In this document: positions 52,809 to 64,000 of the stretch, piece after piece
How positions within the stretch are numbered: position 1 is the first letter of the stretch
How the letters are laid out: each line of letters starts with the position of its first letter
Source: the human T2T-CHM13v2.0 reference genome, Homo sapiens
Length of the DNA stretch: 64,000 bases
Assembly: GCF_009914755.1 (NCBI RefSeq)
Contig: NC_060945.1
Direction: 5' to 3' (one strand)
Program-made: the position numbers and the translations under genes
The notes under the pieces: model-generated
Databases searched by the model: none
What the model was told of the DNA's origin: nothing
What the model saw: the letters and a program-made list of their open reading frames with translations, nothing else

Positions 52809-52830
52809 GGGGTGGGGTGGGTGGGGTGGG
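52809..52830 (+). other. G-quadruplex-forming motif
   Basis: GGGGTGGGGTGGGTGGGGTGGG: five G-tracts, 1-nt loops. Confidence 0.7.
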
Positions 52831-53852
52831 ACAGCCGCACTTTATAACTTTGCTTTCAGCATGATGTGGATTAGTGTCTCCCATGTGGGAAAATTATGTT
52901 TACCACTTAGAGAGCTGATAGTGCTTGCTTACCCCATAACGCTGGACGGTGGCAGGCTTAACTCCCCCATCAAGGGCCTTAATGTATTTGGGGCCCTAGT
53001 CCTAGCAACAGCAGCAAATCTCCTTTTTCTTTTCCTCGAGCTGGTTGTTCACCAGGCAGTTGGGATGTTAATGGGAAGAGAAGACACACACAAGTCCCTT
53101 GTTTTCAATAAGGCAGTCTGGTCACGTCCTTAGCAGGTTATTAATCTTTTTCAAACCCCTCCTCTCCACCAAGTTTTATGATCCTGGGAAGGAGATTCCT
53201 ACCTAGCATCCTTAGAGTTATCGGGGGTTAGGATCGGTGCATGCAGTCACTTCCGTGGAATCATCAGTAGCCCTCCAGCCTCTGGGGGAGAGCTGCCAGT
53301 GGTCAGAGATGTTGGGAATTACGAGGGAGGAGCTAGGGAGAAGGAACTCACAGTCCCTCAGTCTCTGAAGGTGGCTCCTGGCAGGAGAGGGGGCCAGTCC
53401 TAGATAAGAGCTCTCCCAGGGAATTCCAAGGGTCCTCCCAAGGTCCAGCCACAAGATGAGGAATTACTGTTGGGCTCTTCCTCAGATGTGCCTGTGAATT
53501 CATATCACAGATGCTTGATGCATTTGACAATTGTTTAATTGCTTGAGCCCAACTGATACTCTTTCAGTCACTTTAAGGGAGTGATTTCAAGTATGATCAT
53601 TGCCTCAAATCTGTATGGCTTTCCTTGCCTTTCAGGTGCTTTAAGAGGGCTTATGTTCTTTGACTCCCCTAGTAACTCAAAAGGGTGGCTAAGATGCAAC
53701 TCTGGAGGTTTCCAAGCTCTCTGCAAAGCCTGCCTTCAGTAGTCTGTGCACCACAAGAAGCATAACTTTATTATCCTCTAGCTGAATTTACCTCCTGCTT
53801 CGAGCCCCTGTTTTCCCATGTCATTTTAGGGGTCCAATGTTTTTCCTGGAGG

Positions 53853-53853
<1 letters not shown>

Positions 53854-53914
<61 letters not shown>

Positions 53915-53922
53915 CACACACA
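53854..53922. repeat. Compound (TA)n(CA)n(TA)n(CA)n microsatellite
   Basis: Direct reading. Confidence 0.95.
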
Positions 53923-54015
53923 TTCCAGGGGCCTCTGAGGTGCCAAGACATGTGTGGGGTCCATCTGGTTCACACTGATGTCCATGATCATTGAGTTCAT
54001 TTTTTATATCAACTA

Positions 54016-54094
54016 TGTGACACTTCCTATAGTTTCCAGTTCCTGGTTAGAATTTGCAAAGTTGCCGACTATTTCTTTGAATAGAGTAGCTAGA
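54016..54094 (+). repeat. 79-bp direct repeat, copy 1 (copy 2 at 55198-55276)
   Basis: 74/79 identical by hand, no gaps. Confidence 0.93.
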
Positions 54095-54439
54095 TCATGG
54101 GTCTACACCAGTCATCAAGCAGCGATTTCCCTGTTGGAAGCTCCAAGCAAATTGTCAGCTCCAGCATTCCACACAGCTGTGGGTGCCACACTCCTTTTCC
54201 TTTTAAAAGATGATGATCTGCTGGTGGTGAATGCTCTTGGAGTTTTATTTGTAGGTTTTTCTTGTTGTCGCAAATGTCTATATTTCATCTTCCCTCTTGA
54301 GGGATATTTTCCATGGGTAGAGGATCTAGGCTTTTCTTTTGGATTCCATTGTGGCTTTAAAAAAAAGTCAGTTGACTGTTTATTTATGGCTTCTCTAAAG
54401 GTGATCTCTTTCTTCCTAAGGCTGCTTTAAAAGTTTCCG

Positions 54440-54608
54440 TTCCCTCCCTCCCTTCCTCCCACCCCATCCCCCTTCTTCCTTTCCTTCCTCCCTCCCTTCC
54501 TCCCTTCTCTTCCTCCCTTTCTCCCTTGTCTTCCTCCTTTTCTCCCATCCTCCCTTCCTCCCTCTTTCCTTCTTTTTTCCCTTCCTCCCGCCCTCCTTCC
54601 TTCTTCCA
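54440..54608. repeat. Polypyrimidine (CCTT/CCCT-type) low-complexity tract
   Basis: ~170 bp almost purely C/T. Confidence 0.9.
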
Positions 54609-54632
54609 TCATTATATATTAAAATATTTTCT

Positions 54633-55001
<369 letters not shown>

Positions 55002-56109
55002 TAGGTTGACTCACTGTGTACTCTATTACCCTCTCATCTGGTTTTTAATCTTTCTGTCTCCTTATACTGTAATCTCAGTGTTTCTTCTGCTTTAATTTTG
55101 GTATATGAATTATTCAGCTGTGTTCAAAGTGTGGTTAAAGCGACTTATATGCTCTTTAATTTTTAGTTATTGTACTTTTCACCTCTAGAAGTTCTTCTGT
55201 GACACTTCTTATAGTTTCCAGTTCCTGGTTAGAATTTGCAAACTTGTTGACTATTTCTTTGAAAAGAGTAGCTAGAATTGTTTTAGTCTGTGTATAGTGA
55301 GTTGAATATCTGAAACCTCTGTGAGTCTGTTTCTTTTGTCTGCTAGCCCTACTCATGGCGTCATGTTTTCCTGGATGTTTAGTTGGTTGTCTTTGAATAT
55401 GTCCAACTCCAGTTATTTCTGGGAATACCCAAAGGCACACCTGTTCACTATCACCCAGTGAACTGCCATGTGTTTGTCTCCTGTCATGGTAACATTTGCA
55501 TTCAGGGAGAGGCCTCTGCTCTCTGCAGAACAGTGTGAAATCACCTCATTTTTGCCTTCAATGAAGGTTGTCTCTTGCTGGTCACCACCACTTCCTCAAA
55601 TGACTAATGCCACTCTTGCTCACAGTGCTAAGGCGCTAAGGAGTTTTCAGAGGGCTAGAGTGATTCTGCATCCTCTGGGGTTCTCAGGAAACGAGGCCAC
55701 AGGGCCATCTGTGCATGAGTGACAGTGGGGTGGGGTGGATGAGCAGTGGCAGTGGTGGGCACCTATGCTGCTGGCGCCACAGCTTTTTATATCTTGGTGA
55801 AAACAACGCCTTGCGTTTTCACTTGTAGATTCTCCGGCTACATTCCACAAGAACAAATTCTGGTCACAGAGGCCAGAGTAGACTATCAGTGTAATGGCCC
55901 TTCCCCTTTGATGATAGCAGCTTTTTTCGGGGGAGCAGGGGTGGCCAAACTTCCTAGCCTTATTTTATCTTCCTTTCTAGTTCTCCCCAGAGGCTGCTGG
56001 GTTCACCTCTCCCTCTGCCAGACAGACAGGCTCAGACATGCAAGAACGGAAGGGGGTGTGGGGGTTGGTGGGAGGATTAAGTTGGGGAAAGCCAGTCTTG
56101 TCTTTGTAG

Positions 56110-56347
56110 ATTACCAGAACTGACACACGTACACACACGTACACTCACTCACTCATCTATTCATCTATTTTTGGCCTAAGTGCCTTTGGACACTTCTTCG
56201 GAAAAGCACATGAACTCTTTGGAGTCTCCTGTTCCACTTGGTAAATTTCCTATAGCCACGCACTGAAAGTCCCTGCTGCCCTCCTTCCTCTGAGCTTGTG
56301 GGGCCCACAGATCCCCTGCTCCACTTCCTGCTTCATTTCAGCTGATG
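56110..56347 (+). ncRNA. Putative lncRNA exon (start uncertain: acceptors before 56110, 56181 or 56256)
   Basis: Strong donor ATG|GTGAGT at 56347/56348; candidate acceptors TCTTGTCTTTGTAG, TTTTTGGCCTAAG, TTTCCTATAG. Resembles my memory of LINC-PINT 3' exons, unverified. Confidence 0.5.
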
Positions 56348-57374
56348 GTGAGTCCAGGGCAGGCTTGTAGGAAGGGCGGGCTAGGCGTGGGGAACTGCAG
56401 CACCCACCCCACCCCCCGCCCCAGTGCTTGTTGCCCCAGCCTCTGTCTCCCTCGCTGTGCCCTTCCCTTAAGCCCCACTCTTGGCCTCCCCAAAGACAGA
56501 GTTTGTTCTGTTTTTATTGATAGGATGACACTCCCTCGTTCTAATACCATCTGAATGCCTGAGCAATTACATCTTACAACCTCATGAAAAACACAGCAGC
56601 TTGTCACGATGAATGATGTTACCGTGAATAATGCAGTTTTGAGTTCAAACTCCTTCTTATTCCAAGAATGAGTAAATATCCCTATTCCCTCCCCTCCCCA
56701 TTGCATTTGGGTTTGACATGACATGAATCATTGTGGTTTTACTCCTGGGTAGAATTGTTTTTCTGTATTGCATTGCCAATTGATGGAAGGACAAAAAAAG
56801 GAAACTTACCAATGAGCAGTTTCAGATGAACTTAAATTCTCAGAAATCTTGAAGAATGAATGAACTATAACTTTCTGAAGTTGCAAAAATGTTCAAGTCG
56901 GAAGTGACCCATGGGAAGCAACCTGGTCCTTAATTAGGACTGGAAAGAAAACGGAGGCCCAGCGAGGGAACAGTGGCTTCCCCAAGGTCACACTGCAAGT
57001 GAGTGGTGGCACTAGTCACCCAGGAGTCCTCCTGACTCCATGGTATCCTGACCCCAGACCAGCAGCCTTATTTGTGGTTAAAGAACGTGGAAAAACAGCT
57101 TATGTTTGAATTTTAAAATCATGCCAGTACTAAAGATCTGCATTCCATGAATATTGAGCTTTGCTGTGTGCGGGTTGCTACGAATTTTGTAACTATTTTC
57201 TCTAAGAGCTCTCAGTATTTTACATATACAATTCCATTCTTTATTGTCCAGGGAAAAAGTTGCATTTACTGAGCAGTAAGAGGGTGATTTGAAGTCCCTG
57301 GGGTCCCCCACCCTTGTCTTTCTATGTGAGATTGTATTGCAGGGCTCACATTTATTCTCTCAGCAGCTCATTGC

Positions 57375-58115
<741 letters not shown>

Positions 58116-58124
58116 TGGAAAAGA

Positions 58125-58690
58125 TTGTGGCAAAATACAAAATATAAAATACAAAAATAAAATATAAACCATAAAATGTACTACCTTTACCATTTTAAGT
58201 ATGCAGTTCAGTAGTGTTAAATACATTTACATCATTGTTCAACCCGTCTCCAGAACTCTCTGCATCTTGCAAAATTAAAACTCTATGCCATTTCAACAGT
58301 TCGCATTTCCTCTTCCCTCTCGTTCATGGCAACCGCCATTTTTCTTTCTGTCTCTGTAAATGTTAGTACTTGGGGTATCTCATCTAAGTGGAATCATACA
58401 GTGTGTGTCCTTTTGTGACAGACTTATTTCACTTTGCATAATGTCCTTAATATTCATCCATGTTGTAGCATGTGTCAGATTTTCCTTCCTTCTTAACATT
58501 GTGTAATATTCCATTGTACGCATAGACTACATTTAGCTTATCTGTTCACCTGTGGATGGACACTTGGGTTGCTATAGTGAATAATATTGCTGTAAATATG
58601 GGTATACGATTATCTCTTTGTGACCCTGCTTTTAATTGTTTTGGATATATACCCAGAAATGGAATTACTGAATCATGTGGAGATTCTGTT
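58125..58690 (-). mobile_element. L1MB-type 3' end
   Basis: GCAGTTCAGTAGTGTTAAATACATTTAC..GTGGAATCATACAGT..TTCATCCATGTTGTAGCATGTGTCAGA..GGATATATACCCAGAAATGG. Confidence 0.85.
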
Positions 58691-58693
58691 TTT

Positions 58694-59143
58694 GATTTAT
58701 TTATTTATTTTTAATTTTTGAGATGGAGTCTCGTTCTGTCACCCAGGCTGGAGTGCAGTGACACGATCTCTGCTCACTGCAACCTCTGCCTCCTTGCACC
58801 ATTAATTCTGAAAATGCAGGCCTGGATCCAACCGCCTTTGGGGACGGGTACCTGCCCACAGGAAGAGGTTGAGGAGACAATAATGTCACGAGAATCATCA
58901 TCTTTGACTGGGAAATGGTGTGCAGAGTTTCTGGTGCCTTCTGAAGTGATTGTCGCATCTCAGCCTCCCTAGTAGCTGGGATTACAGGCATTTGCCACCA
59001 AGCCCGGCTAATTTTTGTATTTTTAGTAGAGACGGGGTTTCATCATGTTGGCCAGGCTGGTCTCAAACTCCTGACCTCAGGTGATCCACCTGCCTCAGCC
59101 TCCCAAAGTGCTGGGATTATAGGTGTGAGCCATGCACCTGGCC
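58694..59143 (-). mobile_element. Alu (S-like) carrying a ~143-bp non-Alu insertion
   Basis: Alu sequence stops at ~58796 and resumes at ~58940. Confidence 0.92.
58797..58939 (+). repeat. Dispersed copy of 63811-63951
   Basis: ~89% identity by hand alignment, same orientation. Confidence 0.95.
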
Positions 59144-59395
59144 TGATTGGTTATTTAAATTCTGAGATGGGGTATACTAATGTTTGAAAACCACAGGGAT
59201 GGGATAGGTATAGGTGGGGAGGGAGAGCAAAAGTGGTATTTAGAATATGTTACGTTTGAAAAACCTAATACACATTCTACATCCAAGTGGACATAGATGG
59301 AGTTATTTGAAGCTCAGAAGACACCTGAGTTGGAGACAGGAATTTGTGGATCATCTGATATATTTAGCATTTATAGCCACAGGGCTGCTGCCTGA

Positions 59396-60009
<614 letters not shown>

Positions 60010-60586
60010 ACTGCTGCCTGTTTTTGTACTGCTTGGCAAGCTAAGAATGGTTTTCACATATTTGAATATTTGAAAAAAATTTTTCAAGAATACCATTTTG
60101 TGGCACACGAAAATTATATGAAATTCAAGTTTCAATGTCCACAAATAAAGTTTTATAGGAACATAGCATGCTCACTCATTTAGGTATTGTTACGGCTGCT
60201 TCCACACTACAGCAGCAGGGTTCAGAGGTCATGGCAGAGACCACGTGGCCCACAAAGGTGAATGTACTTCCCTTTGTAGAAGCTGTTTGCCAAACTCTTG
60301 GCTAGCAGAGTGAGTCATGAGAGAAGAGAGAAGTGCATGGACTGAGGTCTGTCCAGGGCCTGTCAAGAGCCAGTAACCGTTGCTGTGCGTCAAGGATGCC
60401 AAGATGGTGCCTGCTCCATGAGCAACAAAGCCCAGGGGCCCAGCAAGCCAAGGCTGCTTGCCTCTTCCCCTGGGGCCAGCTGTGCATCTTGTGGATGGCT
60501 GAAGTTGAGCAACCCATAACAGGCTCCTGACCCACTGTGAGATGGTGGCATGTGAAAGGACCAGCATCCAACAGTCTTGCCCTTAC

Positions 60587-61048
60587 TATATTAGTAATTT
60601 CCTGGGGCTACAGGAGCTATTTACTACAAACTGAGTGACTTAAAACAATGGAAATGGATTCTCTCGCAGTTCTAGAGGGTATTATTCTTTCAATCAATCA
60701 AGGTGACAGCAGGGCCATGCTCCCAAAGACAGCTCTAGGAAAAGCTCCTGGTTTCTAGCGGCTGCCTGCACTCCTTGGCATTCCTTGGCTTACAGCTGCA
60801 TCATTCCAGTCTCTGCTTCGGTCACCACGTGCCTTCATCCCTGGGTCGCTTCCATGTCTCTATGTCCAAATGTCGCTCTTCTTATAAGGATGTTAGTCAT
60901 TGGATCAGGGCCCACCCTAATCTGGTATGACTTCATATTAATGTGATTGCATTGATAAAGACGCTGTTTCCAAATAAAGCCATCGTCACACGTATGGGGA
61001 CTAGGACTTCAACATATCTTTTTGAGGGACAAAATTCTACTCACTATA
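60587..61048 (-). mobile_element. MLT1C-like MaLR LTR
   Basis: ACAAACTGAGTGACTTAAAACAA..CTTATAAGGA..GGACTTCAACATATCTTTTTG. Confidence 0.75.
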
Positions 61049-61859
61049 CTTCCACACACATGCAGATTTCACGTGGTTGAATCTAAGAGTATTTGGGTTC
61101 TTGCGATAAAAGGATATGGCCCGGTGACTAATCCTGGGGAAAGAAATAAAAAGAGAAAAAAACCTCTAGTATTGGTGTTAAGACCCTGAGTTTTACTTCA
61201 TTTCCTCACCACTCCCTGCTGCCTGCAGGCAGGCCAGCTGCCTCCCTAGGGGCAGAATTGGAGAAAGAATACGTCTCTCTGATGTAACTACTGCGCTCAG
61301 GCAACCCACTGTGGAGCTTCACAGTGGTTCTCTGCCAAAGATTCTGAGGTTTTTAGCCTGAGATGATAGGTCAAAACCAGGGAGGTGCTCATGGGGGAAA
61401 GCAGCACTGGACAGAGTCTAGATGCTGCTTCCCTCAGGCTGTGATGACCTTCAACTGGCCCTCATCCCCAAGAACCTCAGCTTCTTCCTCTGTATTAAGG
61501 AAATAACCATAGCCCCGTCCGTCTGTCACAATGTAGAAGCGGGGATGAGAAGTGAAAAGTGAGGTCTTGCAAAGGTCTCGCAAGTCCTCTGCAAAGCTAA
61601 GGGGTATTACTGGACAGCGACTTGGATGAGGATGGCCAGACATTGTCCTCCTTCAGGACCAGCTTCTCAGAGCAGAGTCTCCAAACATAATGTCGCTTCC
61701 AGATGACGCAAATCTGATATCAGAGAATGACTAAAAGCTTGAAACTTTGCTTTTAATCTGTTGTGGATCAAGTTTCTTTTCAAATAAATCAAAGTCTGTG
61801 AACTTAGGAAGGAGGAAAATTGCTGGATATCTTTTTTGGCGGAGGGATGGGGGGCCCTC

Positions 61860-62810
<951 letters not shown>

Positions 62811-63810
62811 ATCATGATTTAACACTCATTTTTATTAAATGCAACAACCCCTCCCGCATCTGGCCTGAGTGTCCTGGGCCAGCCAACTGCTTGCTCTCCA
62901 TCGTTCCTGTTTGGTCAGAGGCCCTGGGTGCAGCCAGTGGGTTACGCACTCTGATCCCCTCAGTGACTTCTCCTGGGAGGTCACCAAGGATACTCATTCA
63001 GTCAGGTCTTCCAGAGCCACAGTGTTGATCCTGCAGTGAGGACATGAGTGTGCAGTGACTGGACTCTCTCAGGCAGTCGTGGAAGCAGAGGATTGCTCTG
63101 GCCAGCCTGGGGACAGTTCCCATTGGTTCCTGGACTTGATCTGAATCAACTCCTTCTTCCTCACCATCTCTTGCCTGGTGCTGCTGGCTGAGGCGTTGCA
63201 TCTGTGGGGGCTGTCCACTCCCAGCTCACGTCTTCTGGCAGCTCCTTACTCTATTCTAATGCGCCTAGTGGTACTGCCGATTTTCTCTTTTCCCAGACAC
63301 CTCTCTCCACACTCCTTCTCCCACATTGGCCTGGCCCTCATGGCTCTTTGATCCTCATGGAACATTCTATTGTCTCCTAGGTGAGAAGAAAAGGCATCCC
63401 AGCTTATATTCAGACACATGGCCTTGAACTCGTAATAACTCACACATGTAAGCCACAATAACTTCATTTGCATGCAACCACCTTGAATGAATGGTCTCAG
63501 TAAATGTGTCATTTATTCTCAATATTCTGGAGTGCTGGAAAAAATGGGGAGTCAAAGGATCCCTCAGTCTGCTGGTGTGACCTGGGGCACCCATCCCTGT
63601 TCCCTCTCCTCTTACATGGGATAAAACCCCAGTGGAGCCGTGTCTCTGGATCACTGTGATGGATTAGGTGAGTCTCTACCTGGGCACCCTCTTTCACGTG
63701 GCAGCATTTTTATCGCTGTGACAACCTGGAGTCACCTTGCCATTTACCACAGTTGCCTTGGATGACCAAGTAACCCTCCTGCCCTTCATGGGGGGATGTC
63801 CTTTGAAGAA

Positions 63811-63951
63811 CACCATTCATTCTGGAAGTGCAGGCCTGGCCTGAACCACTTTGGGGACGGGTACCTGTCACAGGAAGAGGTTGAGGAGACTATAATGTCA
63901 GGAGAATCATCATCTTTGACTGGGAGATGGTGTGCAGAGTTTCTGGCGTCT
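63811..63951 (+). repeat. Probable donor of the insertion at 58797-58939
   Basis: Shared TTTGGGGACGGGTACCTG..ACAGGAAGAGGTTGAGGAGAC..GAGAATCATCATCTTTGACTGGGA..ATGGTGTGCAGAGTTTCTGG. Confidence 0.93.
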
Positions 63952-64000
63952 GGGGGCATTCCATCTGTGAGGTTTTCAGTTCTTCATGAGCTGTTACAGG

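Noticed and set aside
53954-54430. 158-aa hydrophobic ORF
   Set aside because: GTG start, overlaps the 79-bp duplication and antisense L1M remnant, no homology I recognise

Overview
Primate (human-like) genomic DNA with no host protein-coding gene I can support. About half is transposon-derived: ~42 Alus, one full-length minus-strand L1PA2-type LINE-1 (5290-11323, 13-bp TSD; ORF1 and antisense ORF0 intact, ORF2 broken by three frameshifts), two ERV1-class solo LTRs with 4-bp TSDs, several MaLR (MLT1) LTRs, hAT MITEs (MER1A, MER58B, MER5), old L1M/L2/MIR fragments, a 32-bp palindromic AT-rich minisatellite and microsatellites. Splice signals at 56.1-57.5 kb (and possibly 16.8-16.9 kb) suggest the 3' exons of a + strand spliced lncRNA; these remind me of LINC-PINT but I cannot verify that. 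The most unusual signals are small-scale DNA-copying scars. These are a ~143-bp segment copied from 5 kb away into the middle of an Alu, a 79-bp dispersed duplication, a ~50-bp 'TSD' ending exactly at a neighbouring Alu, serial fold-back palindromes, and a tailless 34-nt U2 snRNA retrocopy with a 15-bp TSD nested in a MER57A1 LTR. I found no evidence for a new multi-gene system. Repeat family names come from remembered consensus sequences and most repeat boundaries are approximate.
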